A DNA stretch of 64,000 nucleotides from Bdellovibrionales bacterium (GCA_041690295.1 JAWLHR010000002.1:160001-224000), one strand, 5' to 3'; positions 31,197 through 48,022 are shown, counted from the first letter of the stretch. The notes: generated from the letters alone by a model not told the origin. A program made the numbers and translations.

Positions 31197-31226
31197 TTGA
31201 CAGCGCGCTGCACGATCACCTATTTT
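31197..31226 (+). promoter_or_regulatory. Candidate sigma70 promoter of the tRNA-tuf operon
   Basis: TTGACA-N18-TATTTT. Confidence 0.45.
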
Positions 31227-31389
31227 AAACCCTCAACGCAACCGGCTCTGAAAACCATAACCTCTCAATTTTCCGTGGAAATATATTTTGACTGCAATTG
31301 TGATGCTTGAGTAGAAGAGTTGTTTGCAAATCGACTTAGGAGCATTTTTTTGCCTTTTTCCGGCAGAGAAGTGTTTTCTTCGGCGAGAC

Positions 31390-31465
31390 GCTGGCTTAGC
31401 TCAATTGGTAGAGCAGCTGATTTGTAATCAGCAGGTTGCGGGTTCGAGTCCCATAGCCAGCTCCA
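31390..31465 (+). tRNA. tRNA-Thr(TGT)
   Basis: Cloverleaf, anticodon arm GCTGA-TTTGTAA-TCAGC, CCA end. Confidence 0.95.
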
Positions 31466-31472
31466 ATGGCAC

Positions 31473-31558
31473 GGAGAGGTGCCCGAGTGGCTAAAGGGGA
31501 CGGACTGTAAATCCGTTGGCTTATGCCTACGTAGGTTCGAATCCTACCCTCTCCACCA
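31473..31558 (+). tRNA. tRNA-Tyr(GTA)
   Basis: ACGGA-CTGTAAA-TCCGT, long variable arm, CCA end. Confidence 0.95.
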
Positions 31559-31580
31559 GGTTGTTTGCGAAGGAGCATGA

Positions 31581-31657
31581 GCGGGAGTAGCTCAATTGGC
31601 TAGAGTATCAGCCTTCCAAGCTGAGGGTTGCGGGTTCGAGACCCGTCTCCCGCTCCA
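31581..31657 (+). tRNA. tRNA-Gly(TCC)
   Basis: GCGGGAG acceptor, loop CTTCCAA, CCA end. Confidence 0.95.
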
Positions 31658-31675
31658 AATTGGGTGTGAAGTGAC

Positions 31676-31750
31676 GCCCATGTGGCTCAGGGGTAGAGCA
31701 CACCCTTGGTAAGGGTGAGGTCGTGAGTTCGAGTCTCACCATGGGCTCCA
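31676..31750 (+). tRNA. tRNA-Thr(GGT)
   Basis: CACCC-TTGGTAA-GGGTG, CCA end. Confidence 0.95.
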
Positions 31751-31808
31751 GTAATTTGAGTTAGTTTAGTAAAGGTGTTTTTAAAAGCGAATCAGGAGGA
31801 GATTCAAA

Positions 31809-32999
31809 ATGGCAAAAGAGACCTTTAAGCGGGACAAGCCGCACGTCAACATCGGGACCATCGGACACGTGGACCACGGGAAAACCACATTGACCGCGGC
31901 CATCACAACTGTCCTTGCGAAAAAAGGTGGCGCGAGCGCTATGGCTTACGATCAGATCGATAAAGCGCCCGAAGAAAAAGAGCGCGGAATTACGATCTCC
32001 ACCTCGCACGTGGAATATGAAACTGAAAAACGTCACTATGCTCACGTGGATTGCCCCGGTCACGCCGACTACGTGAAAAACATGATCACCGGTGCCGCTC
32101 AGATGGACGGCGCGATTCTCGTCGTTTCCGCCGCTGACGGTCCGATGCCGCAAACTCGCGAGCACATTCTTCTCGCTCGTCAGGTCGGCGTTCCCGCGAT
32201 CGTTGTGTTCATGAACAAAGTGGACATGGTCGACGACAAAGAACTTCTCGACCTCGTTGAACTTGAAATTCGTGAACTTCTCAGCAAGTACGAATTCCCC
32301 GGCGACAGCATTCCCATCGTGAAGGGTTCCGCCCTCAAAGCTTTGGAAGGTGACACCGGTGATATCGGCGAAGGCGCCATCATGAAATTGATGGAAGCTT
32401 GCGATACTTACATTCCGGAACCTCAGCGCGCCATCGACAAGCCGTTCTTGATGCCGATCGAAGACGTGTTCTCGATCTCGGGTCGTGGAACCGTGGTCAC
32501 TGGCCGTATCGAGCGTGGAACGATCAAAGTCGGTCAAGAGATCGAAATCGTGGGTCTGCGCCCGACGCAAAAAACGACCGTTACCGGTATCGAAATGTTC
32601 CGTAAGCTTCTCGAAGAAGGCCGCGCGGGTGACAACGCCGGCGTGCTCCTCCGCGGAACTAAGAAAGAAGAAGTTGAGCGTGGACAGGTTGTGGCCGCTC
32701 CGGGTTCGATTACGCCGCACAAGAAATTCAAGTGCGAAGCGTACATCCTCACCAAGGAAGAAGGCGGACGTCACACTCCGTTCTTCAACGGCTATCGTCC
32801 TCAGTTCTACTTCCGTACAACTGACGTGACCGGTGTGGTGACGCTCAAGCAAGGCACCGAGATGGTGATGCCGGGCGACCGTGTGGAAATGGATGTGGAA
32901 TTGATCTCTCCGATCGCCATGGAAAAAGAGCTCCGCTTCGCGATTCGTGAAGGTGGACGCACCGTGGGAGCCGGAGTGGTTACGGCCATCATCGAGTAA
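31809..32999 (+). CDS. tuf: Elongation factor Tu
   Basis: [20 protein letters not shown]; follows the Thr-Tyr-Gly-Thr tRNA cluster. Confidence 0.99.
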   Translation: MAKETFKRDKPHVNIGTIGHVDHGKTTLTAAITTVLAKKGGASAMAYDQIDKAPEEKERGITISTSHVEYETEKRHYAHVDCPGHADYVKNMITGAAQMDGAILVVSAADGPMPQTREHILLARQVGVPAIVVFMNKVDMVDDKELLDLVELEIRELLSKYEFPGDSIPIVKGSALKALEGDTGDIGEGAIMKLMEACDTYIPEPQRAIDKPFLMPIEDVFSISGRGTVVTGRIERGTIKVGQEIEIVGLRPTQKTTVTGIEMFRKLLEEGRAGDNAGVLLRGTKKEEVERGQVVAAPGSITPHKKFKCEAYILTKEEGGRHTPFFNGYRPQFYFRTTDVTGVVTLKQGTEMVMPGDRVEMDVELISPIAMEKELRFAIREGGRTVGAGVVTAIIE

Positions 33000-33025
33000 T
33001 GTTTGAAGTTGTATTAACCGCTTTT

Positions 33026-33054
33026 AGGGACCCTGTTTTGATGGGGTCCCTTTG
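33026..33054 (+). terminator. Hairpin/terminator after tuf
   Basis: AGGGACCC...GGGTCCCT followed by TT. Confidence 0.55.
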
Positions 33055-33069
33055 GCGTTTAAGGGCGAT

Positions 33070-33145
33070 AGGGCAGTAGCTCTAATGGTAGAGCGAACGA
33101 CTCCAAATCGTTAGGTTGTGGGTTCGAATCCCTCCTGCCCTGCCA
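33070..33145 (+). tRNA. tRNA-Trp(CCA)
   Basis: AACGA-CTCCAAA-TCGTT anticodon arm, CCA end, upstream of secE. Confidence 0.95.
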
Positions 33146-33161
33146 AAGTTGAGAGTTGGAA

Positions 33162-33545
33162 ATGGACACTGAGAACAGCAATCAAAGCATAATCAACGCC
33201 GCCTTCGTGGCTTGTGGATTCCTGGCCTATCTGGTCGTCGCCATGCTTTTCGAAACTTTGGCGTCGGCGTTCGGTCCGGTGGCGCGAGTCTACGGCGACC
33301 CATCGATCAAGCATGGTGTTCCCGTGGTGGCGGGTTTCGCGACGTTTTTGGCTTTGATGTTCAACTCGAAAGTAAAGGTGTTCGCCGACGAAGCGATCAC
33401 AGAGGTCCGTAAAGTAGTTTGGCCCTCCCGCAAGGACACGACCGCCATGACGATCGTTTGTTGCGTGATGGTGTTGGCGGCGGGAATTTTATTGGGCGGA
33501 TTTGATTTCATTGCCAGCCAGTTGATTAAAATTTTCGTCAACTGA
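33162..33545 (+). CDS. secE: Preprotein translocase SecE (3-TM form)
   Basis: [13 protein letters not shown] motif; synteny. Confidence 0.93.
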   Translation: MDTENSNQSIINAAFVACGFLAYLVVAMLFETLASAFGPVARVYGDPSIKHGVPVVAGFATFLALMFNSKVKVFADEAITEVRKVVWPSRKDTTAMTIVCCVMVLAAGILLGGFDFIASQLIKIFVN

Positions 33546-33550
33546 GGAAG

Positions 33551-34141
33551 GTGAACGTGGCTAACGAAACAACGAACAATCCTGAGTCTCAAAAGGCCTC
33601 AGGCGGCGACAAAAAGATGAAATGGTACATCGTCAACACTCAGACGAGCTGTGAAGCGGTCGCCAAGAGATCCATCGAGGAGCGCATTCGTTCGCTCAAG
33701 ATGGAAGACAAGTTCGGGCAGATTCTGATCCCGTCGGAAAACGTGGTGGAGCTGGTTAAAGGAAAAAAAGCCACTCGCGCCCGCAAGTTTTTCCCGGGCT
33801 ATATTTTCGTGCAGATGGTGATGGACGATGAAACCTGGCACTTGGTGCGAAACTGCTCCAAGGTCACGGGCTTCGTGGGCGGAAAAACCAAACCGCCTGA
33901 AGTTCCAGAAGAAGAAGTGATGCGAGTCACCCGCCAAATGGAAATGGGCGCTGAGAAAGTGCAGCCGAAAGTGAAATTCTCGGTGGGCGACAGTGTGGTT
34001 GTGATCGACGGTCCGTTCAGCAATTTCAACGGCACCGTGGAAGAGATCAATCAGGAGAAAGGAAAGGTGAAAGTGCTGGTGAGCATTTTCGGCCGTCCGA
34101 CTCCCGTTGAATTGGATTTTGTTCAGGTCGAAAAGGCCTGA
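33551..34141 (+). CDS. nusG: Transcription factor NusG
   Basis: [34 protein letters not shown]. Confidence 0.97.
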   Translation: MNVANETTNNPESQKASGGDKKMKWYIVNTQTSCEAVAKRSIEERIRSLKMEDKFGQILIPSENVVELVKGKKATRARKFFPGYIFVQMVMDDETWHLVRNCSKVTGFVGGKTKPPEVPEEEVMRVTRQMEMGAEKVQPKVKFSVGDSVVVIDGPFSNFNGTVEEINQEKGKVKVLVSIFGRPTPVELDFVQVEKA

Positions 34142-34215
34142 TTTGAAAAGTTTGAGCGGAATCAGGATGGGCCTGATTTCGCGAGTTAACCCCTAAGTCA
34201 AAGTGGGAAGAAATT

Positions 34216-34638
34216 ATGGCAAGAAAGGTCTCTGGCCTTATCAAGCTTCAGATACCGGCAGGGAAAGCCAATCCGGCTCCGCCCGTTGGACCGGCGCTGG
34301 GACAACATGGGGTAAACATCATGGAATTCTGTAAACAGTTTAACGCCCGCACACAAAAAGAGGGCGATATGATCATTCCGGTGATCATCACTGTTTACTC
34401 GGATCGATCGTTTACCTTCATTACCAAGACGCCTCCGGTTTCAGTGTTGCTGAAAAAGGCCGCGAAAATCGAAAGCGGCTCCAAGATGCCGCAAAAAGAT
34501 AAAGTCGGCAAAGTCACCATGGCTCAAGTCACGGACATCGCCAAATTGAAGATGCCGGATTTGAACTGCACGGAGCTTGACGCTGCCATCAGCCAGGTCA
34601 TCGGCACGTGCAATAGCATGGGCTTGGAAGTCAAGTAG
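34216..34638 (+). CDS. rplK: 50S ribosomal protein L11
   Basis: [15 protein letters not shown]. Confidence 0.98.
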   Translation: MARKVSGLIKLQIPAGKANPAPPVGPALGQHGVNIMEFCKQFNARTQKEGDMIIPVIITVYSDRSFTFITKTPPVSVLLKKAAKIESGSKMPQKDKVGKVTMAQVTDIAKLKMPDLNCTELDAAISQVIGTCNSMGLEVK

Positions 34639-34649
34639 GAGGTCGGAAC

Positions 34650-35345
34650 ATGGGAAAACGATATACAGCGGCCTTCCAAAAGGTTGATCGAAACACTCGT
34701 TATAAACTGAATGACGGCATCAAACTTGTGGTCGACACCGCCACCGCCAAATTCGACGAGGCCATTGATGTGGCTGTGATCTTGGGCGTGGATCCTAAAC
34801 AATCGGACCAACAGGTTCGTGGAGCGGTGAGCCTGCCCCATGGACTCGGTAAACCGGTTCGCGTTGTGGTGTTCGCCAAGGGTCCCAAAGAAGAAGAAGC
34901 CAAGAAAGCCGGTGCGGATTACGTCGGCGCCGATGATTTGGTGGCCAAGATTCAAGGCGGTTGGCTGGATTTTGATAAGGCCATCGCCACGCCGGACATG
35001 ATGGCGACCGTCAGTAAAGTGGCCAAGATCCTCGGTCCCCGTGGATTGATGCCGAACCCGAAAGTGGGAACGGTGACCATGAACGTGGCTGACGCCGTGG
35101 CGGCGGAGAAAAAAGGGAAACTCGACTTTCGCGTTGACAAGGCGGGAATCGTTCACGCCGTGATCGGGCGCAAGAGCATGGGTCCTGAAAAGCTCCGTGA
35201 AAATTTCGCGGCCTTCATGTCGGCCCTGCTCAAGGCGAAGCCGGCCACCAGCAAGGGTAATTACCTTCGCGGCGTGACGGTTTCTTCCACCATGGGACCT
35301 GGCGTGAAAATGGATTTGTCGGAATTGGAGAGCCAACTCTCTTAA
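34650..35345 (+). CDS. rplA: 50S ribosomal protein L1
   Basis: [21 protein letters not shown]. Confidence 0.98.
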   Translation: MGKRYTAAFQKVDRNTRYKLNDGIKLVVDTATAKFDEAIDVAVILGVDPKQSDQQVRGAVSLPHGLGKPVRVVVFAKGPKEEEAKKAGADYVGADDLVAKIQGGWLDFDKAIATPDMMATVSKVAKILGPRGLMPNPKVGTVTMNVADAVAAEKKGKLDFRVDKAGIVHAVIGRKSMGPEKLRENFAAFMSALLKAKPATSKGNYLRGVTVSSTMGPGVKMDLSELESQLS

Positions 35346-35387
35346 TTGAATGATTCGAGCGTTCGTTGGCGGGCGCTCATAACGTAT

Positions 35388-35451
35388 CGCGATCAGAGAC
35401 AGTGGGTGCGTTTAATTTAAGCGCTTAATTTCCCACCGAGATCCGTTCGCG
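35388..35451 (+). promoter_or_regulatory. L10 leader RNA (autoregulatory)
   Basis: AGACAGTGGG...CCCACCGAG pairing upstream of rplJ, resembling the L10 leader core. Confidence 0.65.
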
Positions 35452-35478
35452 GTCCAAACTAAGAATAAGGAGGATATC

Positions 35479-36012
35479 TTGCCCATATCGACTCGCGAGC
35501 AGAAGCAGCAAGAGATCACTTCACTTTCCGAAAAGTTTGGCCGTTCGAAAGCCGCATTCCTCGTCGACTTCAAAGGCATGGACGTGGAAAGCGTAACCAA
35601 GCTTCGAAAAACGCTCAAACCGATTCAGTCGGAAATGAAAGTGGTGCGCAACACACTCGCAATCCGGGCACTCAATGATCATCCGACGGTAAAACCGGTT
35701 CTTGAGGACAAGCTGGTGGGCACCAACGCCGTGGTCTTCGCTTTCGAAGATCCCAGCGCCGTGGCCAAAGCCATCACCAAATTCGGTGATGAGGTCGAAG
35801 CTTTCCAATTGAAATACGGTGTGATGGACGGAACCGCACTTGATGCCAAAGGCATCAAAGCGCTGGCCACGTTGCCGTCGAAAGATGAATTGCGGGCCCA
35901 ATTGCTCGGCGTCTTAAGTGCTCCGATGACGAAGTTCCTCGGAACCTTGCAGGCCGTACCGGGTGGTTTTGTCCGTGTGTTGAACGCTTATAAAGATACG
36001 AAAAACGCTTAA
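35479..36012 (+). CDS. rplJ: 50S ribosomal protein L10
   Basis: VVRNTLA, LATLPSKDEL; TTG start with AGGAGG RBS. Confidence 0.96.
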   Translation: MPISTREQKQQEITSLSEKFGRSKAAFLVDFKGMDVESVTKLRKTLKPIQSEMKVVRNTLAIRALNDHPTVKPVLEDKLVGTNAVVFAFEDPSAVAKAITKFGDEVEAFQLKYGVMDGTALDAKGIKALATLPSKDELRAQLLGVLSAPMTKFLGTLQAVPGGFVRVLNAYKDTKNA

Positions 36013-36036
36013 TTTTGTTTATTTTTGGAGGAAAAA

Positions 36037-36426
36037 ATGTCTTTAGATAAGAACCAAGTGATTGATTATTTGTCCAATATGCCGGTGATGGAATTGGCCG
36101 GTTTGATCAAGGACCTCGAAGAAAAATGGGGTGTCAGCGCCGCCGCTCCCGTGGCCGTTGCCGCTATGCCTGGTGCCGCTGGTGCCGGTGCCGGTGCCGC
36201 TCCCGCTGAAGAGAAAACCGCTTTTGACGTCATTCTCGTCGATGGTGGTGCCAACAAGATCAACGTCATTAAAGAAGTTCGCGCTTTGACCGGTCTCGGC
36301 TTGAAAGAAGCCAAAGACCTCGTTGAAGGCGCTCCGAAGCCCGTGAAAGAAGGCGTGAGCAAGGATGAGGCCGCTAAGATCAAAGACGTCCTCACCAAAG
36401 CCGGCGCCAAAGTGGATGTGAAGTAA
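36037..36426 (+). CDS. rplL: 50S ribosomal protein L7/L12
   Basis: [22 protein letters not shown]. Confidence 0.98.
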   Translation: MSLDKNQVIDYLSNMPVMELAGLIKDLEEKWGVSAAAPVAVAAMPGAAGAGAGAAPAEEKTAFDVILVDGGANKINVIKEVRALTGLGLKEAKDLVEGAPKPVKEGVSKDEAAKIKDVLTKAGAKVDVK

Positions 36427-36452
36427 CATCCGCGGGCGTATTCCTTAATATA

Positions 36453-36482
36453 TGGCGGGTGCCTCGAGCATCCGCCAGTTTA
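36453..36482 (+). terminator. Hairpin (attenuator-like) between rplL and rpoB
   Basis: TGGCGGGTGC-ctcga-GCATCCGCCA followed by GTTT. Confidence 0.5.
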
Positions 36483-36557
36483 ACTGGCTGCCGAGAGCAG
36501 CTAAAAAAAGGCCAGACGGCCTAATATTGTGATCGAGATCGTAAGTGAGGAGAGAGG

Positions 36558-39500
36558 ATGAAGACAAATCCGGTGACCGCTTCGAACCTGCGCGTGCGCA
36601 GGAGTTTTGCCAAAACCAAACATTTAATCGACATTCCCAACCTGATTGAGCTGCAGAAGAAGTCGTACGAGGCCTTCCTGCAGAAGGATGTCGACCCTGA
36701 TCGCCGCGGTGACACGGGACTTCAGGGCGTATTCAAGTCCGTGTTCCCCATTTCGGACTTCAATAACACCGCTAGCCTCGAATTCGTCAGCTACACATTA
36801 GAACCGGCCAAATACGACGTGGACGAGTGCCGCCAGCGCGGTATGACCTTCGCCGCTCCGATCAAAGTGACCCTTCGCTTGATCGTTTTCGACGTCGATG
36901 AAGAAACCGAAGCGCGGAGCATTCGCGATGTGAAAGAGCAGGAAGTCTATCTCGGTGAAATTCCGCTGATGACGTCCAATGGTTCTTTCATCATCAACGG
37001 CACCGAACGCGTGGTGGTTAGCCAATTGCACCGTTCTCCGGGTGTGTTCTTTGACCACGACGGCGGCAAAAACAACGCCAGCGGAAAGCTGATCTACTCC
37101 GCCCGCGTGATTCCCTATCGTGGATCATGGCTGGACTTTGAATTTGACCAAAAAGATTTGATTTATGTCCGCATCGACCGTCGCCGTAAATTCCCGGTGA
37201 CGATTCTTCTTAAAGCTCTTGGTTACACCACTGAGCAGTTGCTGCAGCAATTCTATCACCTCGATGTGGTACGCCTCAAAAAAGACGGCAAGGTCACCCG
37301 CTCGATCGATATCGAGCGCATGGCCGGTCAGCGCGCGCTCTCCGATATCGTGGATCCCAAAACCGGCGAAGCCATCGTTAAGGCTGGCCGCCGGATCACT
37401 CGCGCCGCTGTGAAACGGGTGAAACAGCTGAACTTGACTGAAATTGAAATCAACCCGTCGGACTTGGAAGGCAAAGTGATCGCCAAGCCCGTGATCGATG
37501 AGACCACGGGTGAAATTATCGCCGACGTGAACTCGGAAGTGACTCCGAGCGTGCTCGATAAGGCCCGTCAGGCGGGAATCACCGAATTGTCGGTGATCTT
37601 CTTCGACGGTCTGGCCGTTGGACCTTATCTCCGTAACACTCTGTTGATCGATAAAGTCTCAACCAAAGAAGAAGCGTTGATTGAAATTTACAAACGTCTT
37701 CGTCCGGGTGAGCCGCCGACCATCGAGGCGGCCACGGGATTCTTCCATCGCCTCTTCTTTGATCCTGAAACCTACGACTTATCGGAAGTGGGTCGGTTGA
37801 AGATCAATCATCGCTTCAACATCCCCTTCGAAGAAACACCGGTTGAACACCGCACTTTGACTGAGCGAGACATTCTCTCGGTGGTCAAAACCCTGATCGA
37901 CCTTAAGAACGGCCAAGGTCAGATCGATGACATCGACCACCTTGGTAACCGCCGCGTCCGTTCCGTGGGTGAGTTGCTCGAAAATCAATACCGCATCGGT
38001 TTGGTGCGGATGGAGCGCGCGATCCGCGAGCGAATGAGCTTGCAGGACGTGGAAACAATGATGCCGCATGATTTGGTTAACGCCAAACCGGTGAACGCCG
38101 TGGTGAAGGAGTTCTTCGGCTCCTCCCAGCTGTCACAGTTCATGGATCAGACCAATCCGCTGTCCGAGATCACTCACAAGCGTCGCTTGAGCGCGCTCGG
38201 CCCCGGTGGTTTGACTCGCGATCGTGCCGGTTTCGAAGTGCGTGACGTGCACCCGACCCACTACGGCCGGATCTGTCCGATTGAAACTCCGGAAGGACCG
38301 AACATCGGCTTGATTGCGTCGCTAGCGACTTTCGCCCGCATTAACCAGTACGGTTTTATCGAAACGCCGTATCGTAAGGTTGAGGGCGGACAGGTTAAAG
38401 ACGATATCCTCTACCTCTCGGCTTTGGAGGAAAGCGGTCACTACATCGCCCAGGCCGGTAAGGACGTTGAAGGCAATAAGCTCGTCCAAGACAATATGAC
38501 CTCACGGTTCAACGGCGAGTACGAGATCATTGAAAAGGACAAAGTTTCTTTGATGGACGTTTCGCCCTCCCAGTTGGTGTCCATCGCCGCGAGCCTCATT
38601 CCGTTCCTCGAGCACGACGACGCGAACCGCGCGTTGATGGGCTCGAACATGCAACGTCAGGCCGTGCCGCTGTTGAAATCGCGCGCGCCGTTGATTGGAA
38701 CCGGCGTTGAACGCTTGGTGGCCCGTGACTCGGGAACCTCGGTGGTTTGTCAGAACGACGGCGTGGTCGAGGAAGTGGACGCTTCCCGTATCGTGGTTCG
38801 CCGTTTCGCCAAAGGCGGTGAACTGGGCGCCAACGTCGACATTTACAATTTGATTAAATACCAGCGCACGAACCAGAATACCTGCTTCAACCAGAAACCG
38901 ATCGTGAATGTCGGTGACCGGGTGAAGAAGGGTGATGTGATCGCCGACGGTCCCTCGACGGAACTTGGGGAATTGGCTCTCGGCCAGAACATCCTGGTCG
39001 CGTTCACCCCGTGGATGGGCTACAACTTCGAGGACTCGATCCTCATTTCCGAACGCCTGATCCGCGAGGACGTCTACACGTCGGTGCACATCGAAGAGTT
39101 CGAATGTGTGGCGCGTGACACGAAACTTGGAAAAGAAGAGATCACCCGCGATATCGCCAATGTCGGTGAGGAAGCCCTTAAGGATCTCGACAACTCCGGT
39201 ATCATCCGCATCGGCGCGGAAGTGAAGCCCGGCGATATTCTCGTCGGTAAAGTGACTCCGAAAGGTGAAACCCAGCTTTCGCCTGAAGAAAAACTTCTCC
39301 GCGCGATTTTCGGTGAGAAAGCCGGCGATGTTCGCGACACTTCGTTGCGGGTTCCGTCGGGTGTCTATGGAACGGTGATCGACGCTCAAGTTTACTCGCG
39401 TGAAAGCTCCGATCGCGATGAGCGTCTGCAATCGATCATCGAGGCCAAGCGCAAAAAGCTCGAGAAGGACTTCGCGGTTGAGCAGAACGTCATTAAGAAC

Positions 39501-40730
39501 AACGCTCTCGATAAACTTAAAGAAATGTTGGTCGGTAAAACCACCACCGGAGTGCTCTTGAGCGAGGACGGATCGGAGAAGCTTCTCTCCAAAGGTCAAA
39601 CCATCAAAGGTGAAGACCTTGAAACGATCCCGTTCGAACTTTTGAGTTACGTGCCTCTGGATTCGGAACTCGAATTCCAAGTGCAACGTGTGGTTGACGG
39701 CGCCCGCAATCAGCTCGACGCCGTGAAGATGGTTTTCAATGAAAAAATCGAACGCCTGACCAAAGGTGATGAACTGCCCCCGGGTGTGATCAAGATGGTG
39801 AAGGTTTACATCGCCATCAAGCGCAAGCTTCAGGTGGGTGACAAGTTCGCCGGCCGTCACGGGAACAAAGGTGTGATCTCGAAGGTGCTCCCGATCGAAG
39901 ACATGCCGTACCTCGCCGACGGAACTCCGGTGGACATGGTGTTGAATCCGCTGGGCGTGCCTTCTCGTATGAACATCGGACAGATTCTCGAGGTTCACTT
40001 GGGATGGGCCGCGCACGGTCTCGGCAAACAACTGGAAAAACACATTGAGAATTTCAAAGCGGAAGAAGCGCGCAAGGAGCTCAAGGAAATCTTCAGTGAA
40101 GATGAAGACATCCAGAAGCATTTCGACGGCGCCGATGACGAATCATTGAAGAAGATGATTCGCCGGATGAAAGACGGAATTCACCTGGCGACGCCGGTTT
40201 TCGACGGTGCCAAGGAAAGAGACGTCAAAGATCTTCTCCGTCGCGCGAAGCTCCCGCTCTCCGGTCAAACCGTGCTCTTCGACGGACGAACGGGTGAACC
40301 CTTCCAGACGCCGGTGACAGTCGGCATTATGTACATGCTGAAACTGCATCACCTGGTCGAGGAGAAGATTCACGCCCGTTCGATCGGTCCTTACTCCCTC
40401 GTTTCGCAACAGCCTCTGGGTGGTAAAGCTCAGTTCGGTGGTCAGCGTCTGGGAGAGATGGAGGTTTGGGCGATCGAGGCCTACGGTGCGGCGTACTCTC
40501 TGCAGGAATTCCTCACGGTCAAGTCGGATGACGTGGCCGGAAGGACCCGCATGTACGAAAGCATCGTGAAAGGCGAGAACGTTCTCGAACCGGGACTTCC
40601 TGAATCCTTCAACGTGTTGGTGAAAGAGCTGCAAAGCTTGGCACTGAACGTGGAGCTGATGGAGTCGGATATTTTAACTGAACCCGCAAACCTGCCTGCT
40701 GAAGAACAACAGGCCGGAACGACGATTTAA
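36558..40730 (+). CDS. rpoB: RNA polymerase beta subunit
   Basis: [34 protein letters not shown]. Confidence 0.99.
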   Translation: MKTNPVTASNLRVRRSFAKTKHLIDIPNLIELQKKSYEAFLQKDVDPDRRGDTGLQGVFKSVFPISDFNNTASLEFVSYTLEPAKYDVDECRQRGMTFAAPIKVTLRLIVFDVDEETEARSIRDVKEQEVYLGEIPLMTSNGSFIINGTERVVVSQLHRSPGVFFDHDGGKNNASGKLIYSARVIPYRGSWLDFEFDQKDLIYVRIDRRRKFPVTILLKALGYTTEQLLQQFYHLDVVRLKKDGKVTRSIDIERMAGQRALSDIVDPKTGEAIVKAGRRITRAAVKRVKQLNLTEIEINPSDLEGKVIAKPVIDETTGEIIADVNSEVTPSVLDKARQAGITELSVIFFDGLAVGPYLRNTLLIDKVSTKEEALIEIYKRLRPGEPPTIEAATGFFHRLFFDPETYDLSEVGRLKINHRFNIPFEETPVEHRTLTERDILSVVKTLIDLKNGQGQIDDIDHLGNRRVRSVGELLENQYRIGLVRMERAIRERMSLQDVETMMPHDLVNAKPVNAVVKEFFGSSQLSQFMDQTNPLSEITHKRRLSALGPGGLTRDRAGFEVRDVHPTHYGRICPIETPEGPNIGLIASLATFARINQYGFIETPYRKVEGGQVKDDILYLSALEESGHYIAQAGKDVEGNKLVQDNMTSRFNGEYEIIEKDKVSLMDVSPSQLVSIAASLIPFLEHDDANRALMGSNMQRQAVPLLKSRAPLIGTGVERLVARDSGTSVVCQNDGVVEEVDASRIVVRRFAKGGELGANVDIYNLIKYQRTNQNTCFNQKPIVNVGDRVKKGDVIADGPSTELGELALGQNILVAFTPWMGYNFEDSILISERLIREDVYTSVHIEEFECVARDTKLGKEEITRDIANVGEEALKDLDNSGIIRIGAEVKPGDILVGKVTPKGETQLSPEEKLLRAIFGEKAGDVRDTSLRVPSGVYGTVIDAQVYSRESSDRDERLQSIIEAKRKKLEKDFAVEQNVIKNNALDKLKEMLVGKTTTGVLLSEDGSEKLLSKGQTIKGEDLETIPFELLSYVPLDSELEFQVQRVVDGARNQLDAVKMVFNEKIERLTKGDELPPGVIKMVKVYIAIKRKLQVGDKFAGRHGNKGVISKVLPIEDMPYLADGTPVDMVLNPLGVPSRMNIGQILEVHLGWAAHGLGKQLEKHIENFKAEEARKELKEIFSEDEDIQKHFDGADDESLKKMIRRMKDGIHLATPVFDGAKERDVKDLLRRAKLPLSGQTVLFDGRTGEPFQTPVTVGIMYMLKLHHLVEEKIHARSIGPYSLVSQQPLGGKAQFGGQRLGEMEVWAIEAYGAAYSLQEFLTVKSDDVAGRTRMYESIVKGENVLEPGLPESFNVLVKELQSLALNVELMESDILTEPANLPAEEQQAGTTI

Positions 40731-40742
40731 GCGAGGTGCAAT

Positions 40743-44870
<4,128 letters not shown>

Positions 44871-44871
44871 G

Positions 44872-44913
44872 TTGACGAAAGCACAAGGCTGCCGATAATT
44901 TGGCGGCCTTGTG
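44872..44913 (+). promoter_or_regulatory. rpoC 3' hairpin overlapping a candidate str promoter
   Basis: CACAAGGCTGCC...GGCGGCCTTGTG stem; TTGACG-N16-GATAAT. Confidence 0.5.
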
Positions 44914-44927
44914 ATTGGAAAGGAACT

Positions 44928-45302
44928 ATGCCGACTATTAATCAATTGATTCGTCGTTCGCGACGTGCATCGAAGGACAAGACTAAATCACCGGCTTTGA
45001 CCGCTTGCCCTCAACGCCGCGGCGTCTGTACTCGCGTTTACACCACCACGCCTAAAAAGCCGAATTCGGCTCTTCGGAAGGTGGCCAAGGTCCGTTTGAG
45101 CAATGGATTTGAAGTGATTTCGTATATTCCCGGAATCGGCCATAACTTGCAGGAGCACAGTGTGGTGTTGATTCGCGGTGGTCGGGTGAAGGATCTTCCT
45201 GGTGTTCGTTACCACATCGTTCGTGGCGTTTTGGATACCCAAGGCGTGGCCAATCGTTTTAGCTCGCGCTCGAAATATGGCGCTAAGAAGCCGAAAAAGT
45301 AA
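44928..45302 (+). CDS. rpsL: 30S ribosomal protein S12
   Basis: [20 protein letters not shown]. Confidence 0.99.
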   Translation: MPTINQLIRRSRRASKDKTKSPALTACPQRRGVCTRVYTTTPKKPNSALRKVAKVRLSNGFEVISYIPGIGHNLQEHSVVLIRGGRVKDLPGVRYHIVRGVLDTQGVANRFSSRSKYGAKKPKK

Positions 45303-45318
45303 GAGGAATTAAAGGTTT

Positions 45319-45792
45319 ATGTCTCGTCGTAAAGCCGCAGAAAAAAGAGAAATTCTTCCCGATCCCGTTTACAACGACGTGATCGTGGCCAAGTTCGTTA
45401 ACAAGATGATGTGGAAGGGTAAAAAATCTTTATCGCAAAAGATGCTTTACTCGGCCCTTGATGAGCTGCGGACCAAAGTTTCCGGTGAAGAGCCTCTGAC
45501 CGTTTTCAAAAAAGCCATCGAAAACTGCAAGCCCAGCTTGGAAGTGCGGTCCCGCCGGGTTGGCGGTGCCACTTACCAGGTGCCGGTGGATGTTCGCCCC
45601 TCGCGCCGATTGGCCTTGGCCATGGTTTGGTTGATCACCTATGCCCGTGAGCGCGGTGAAAAGACCATGGCGTCCCGTCTGGCCGGTGAATTGGCCGATG
45701 CGTACGCCAACCGCGGGAATGCGATTAAGAAAAAAGAAGACGTTCATCGCATGGCGGAAGCCAATAAGGCCTTCTCCCACTACAACTGGTAA
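45319..45792 (+). CDS. rpsG: 30S ribosomal protein S7
   Basis: [19 protein letters not shown]. Confidence 0.99.
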   Translation: MSRRKAAEKREILPDPVYNDVIVAKFVNKMMWKGKKSLSQKMLYSALDELRTKVSGEEPLTVFKKAIENCKPSLEVRSRRVGGATYQVPVDVRPSRRLALAMVWLITYARERGEKTMASRLAGELADAYANRGNAIKKKEDVHRMAEANKAFSHYNW

Positions 45793-45870
45793 GCCTCGGC
45801 CGTCGAGCACGGCCCCATTGGCGGATTCAGTTATGGCGCCAGCGGTAACAATTGGCTACAGTTGCATCCA

Positions 45871-47955
45871 ATGAGTATAGAAGACCCACAAAAACTGGAA
45901 GAACTTCGTTTCACCCGCAACATCGGCATCATGGCCCACATCGATGCCGGTAAGACCACGACCACGGAACGCATCCTTTACTACACCGGAAAGTCCCACC
46001 GCATGGGCGAAGTCCATGAGGGAAATACCGCAATGGACTGGATGGAGCAGGAGCAGGAGCGGGGAATCACCATCACGGCCGCGGCCACCACCACCTTCTG
46101 GCGCGATCATCGCATCAACATCATCGATACTCCGGGACATGTGGATTTCACCATCGAGGTGGAACGCTCGCTGCGAGTCCTCGACGGCGCCATCGCGGTC
46201 TTTGACGGTGTCAACGGCGTTGAACCGCAATCTGAAACCGTTTGGCGTCAGGCCAATAAATATAAGGTTCCACGAATCTGCTTTATCAACAAAATGGATA
46301 GGGTGGGCGCGGATTTCGACATGAGTGTGGACAGCATCCGCGAGAAGCTCGGAGCCCGGCCCATTCCCGTGCAAATTCCCATCGGCGCCGAAGATAACTT
46401 CAAAGGTGTTGTGGATTTGATCGAGAACACGGTTCTCACCTGGACGGATGAGATGGGCGAGAAAATCGATCGGTTGCCGATCCCAGAGGATTTGGCGGAG
46501 CGCGCGGCCCAACTCAGGGAGCAAATGATTGAGGCGGCCTGTGAGCAAGACGACGCCTTAATGGAAAAATACCTGGGCGGCGAAGAATTGACCGTCGATG
46601 AAATCCGCATGGGTTTGCGTAAAGGTACGCTGAGCCTCGCTATCACCCCTGTTTACTGTGGAAGCGCGTTCAAAAAGAAAGGCGTGCAGCCGCTCTTGGA
46701 CGGAGTGGTTCACTTCTTGCCCAGCCCGCTCGATATTCCTCCGGTTGTGGGGAAAGATCCCAAGAACGAAGAGCGCACGATTGAAGTCCCCACGGACTTC
46801 AACGAGCCCACCGCGGCTTTAGCTTTTAAGATCGCGTCCGACGCCTTCGCCGGTACGCTCACATTCATTCGTGTTTACTCCGGCCAGGTGAAGGCGGGAG
46901 AAACTTTGTTGAACCCGCGCACGAACAAGCGTGAACGCATTCAGCGACTCGTCCGGATGCACGCTAATTCCCGTCAGGAGTTGAGTGTTCTGAAAGCCGG
47001 CGATATCGGAGCGGCGATAGGTCTCAAATTCACGGGCACCGGCGATACCCTTTGTGATGCCAAACGGCCGGTGGTTTTAGAATCCATCACTTTCCCTGAA
47101 CCGGTGATTTCGGTGGCCATTGAGGCCAAGTCCTCAGCGGATCAGGACAAAATGATCGCCGGGCTTGAGCGTCTTCAACACGAGGATCCTTCGTGCCGAG
47201 TCCGCATTGATCAGGAAACCGGCCAGATGCTTCTTTCCGGCATGGGTGAACTCCATGTGGAAATTTTAGTGGATCGCTTACTTCGCGAGTACAAGGCCAA
47301 GGCCAATGTGGGTAAACCTCAGGTCTCCTACCGCGAGGCGATCACCGGCACGGCCACAGGCCATGGCCATTTCGAGCGCGAAGTGGCCGGCGAAAAGCAG
47401 TATGCCGAGGTGACCGTACAAATCGAGCCGCGGCAACAGACCGGGCTCACCTTTGAAAACAAAGCCGGCCAATTGGATCCGGATTTTCTCTCAGCCATTC
47501 GGAGCGGCGTGTTGGAAGCTGGCGACGTGGGTGTTTTGGCTGGTTACCCCTTAATGGGCGTGCACATCACTCTCACCGATTTTAAGACTCGGGACAAAGA
47601 AAGTTCCGAGATGGCCTTTAAAGTGGCGGCCGCGCAGGCCTTCCGTGAGGCGCTGAAAGCCGTGAAATCTCAGCTCCTTGAGCCGATTTTCCGGGTTGAA
47701 ATTTTCACCCCGGATGACTTTATGGGGGCGGTGATCGGCGATTTGAACGCCCGCCGTGGCAAAGTGCACTCAATGGATCCGAAACCCGGTGGTCAAGTCA
47801 TACATGCCGAGGCCCCTTTGGCGACGCTTTTCGGTTACGCCACCGATCTCCGCTCCTTGAGCCAGGGGCGCGCCACCTTCAGCATGGAGTTTCAGGAATA
47901 CGCTCCCGTGCCCCCCAAGGTGGAGGCCGAAATCCTTAACCGGCTCGGCCGGTAA
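45871..47955 (+). CDS. fusA: Elongation factor G, divergent domain IV (spdEFG2-like)
   Basis: [23 protein letters not shown]; altered domain IV loops. Confidence 0.92.
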   Translation: MSIEDPQKLEELRFTRNIGIMAHIDAGKTTTTERILYYTGKSHRMGEVHEGNTAMDWMEQEQERGITITAAATTTFWRDHRINIIDTPGHVDFTIEVERSLRVLDGAIAVFDGVNGVEPQSETVWRQANKYKVPRICFINKMDRVGADFDMSVDSIREKLGARPIPVQIPIGAEDNFKGVVDLIENTVLTWTDEMGEKIDRLPIPEDLAERAAQLREQMIEAACEQDDALMEKYLGGEELTVDEIRMGLRKGTLSLAITPVYCGSAFKKKGVQPLLDGVVHFLPSPLDIPPVVGKDPKNEERTIEVPTDFNEPTAALAFKIASDAFAGTLTFIRVYSGQVKAGETLLNPRTNKRERIQRLVRMHANSRQELSVLKAGDIGAAIGLKFTGTGDTLCDAKRPVVLESITFPEPVISVAIEAKSSADQDKMIAGLERLQHEDPSCRVRIDQETGQMLLSGMGELHVEILVDRLLREYKAKANVGKPQVSYREAITGTATGHGHFEREVAGEKQYAEVTVQIEPRQQTGLTFENKAGQLDPDFLSAIRSGVLEAGDVGVLAGYPLMGVHITLTDFKTRDKESSEMAFKVAAAQAFREALKAVKSQLLEPIFRVEIFTPDDFMGAVIGDLNARRGKVHSMDPKPGGQVIHAEAPLATLFGYATDLRSLSQGRATFSMEFQEYAPVPPKVEAEILNRLGR

Positions 47956-47992
47956 GGCGCGGAAACCAGCTAAAATTTCAGCCATTTTCCTT

Positions 47993-48022
47993 TTGACAAG
48001 TCCAACGGGGGTCTAGCATACT
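47993..48022 (+). promoter_or_regulatory. Candidate S10 operon promoter
   Basis: TTGACA-N18-CATACT. Confidence 0.5.

Noticed and set aside
31438..31455. C-A mismatch in the T-stem of tRNA-Thr(TGT) as a sign of pseudogenisation
   Set aside because: A single mismatch in an otherwise canonical tRNA in its conserved operon position
31396..31578. 60-aa ORF on the minus strand
   Set aside because: Antisense to tRNA genes
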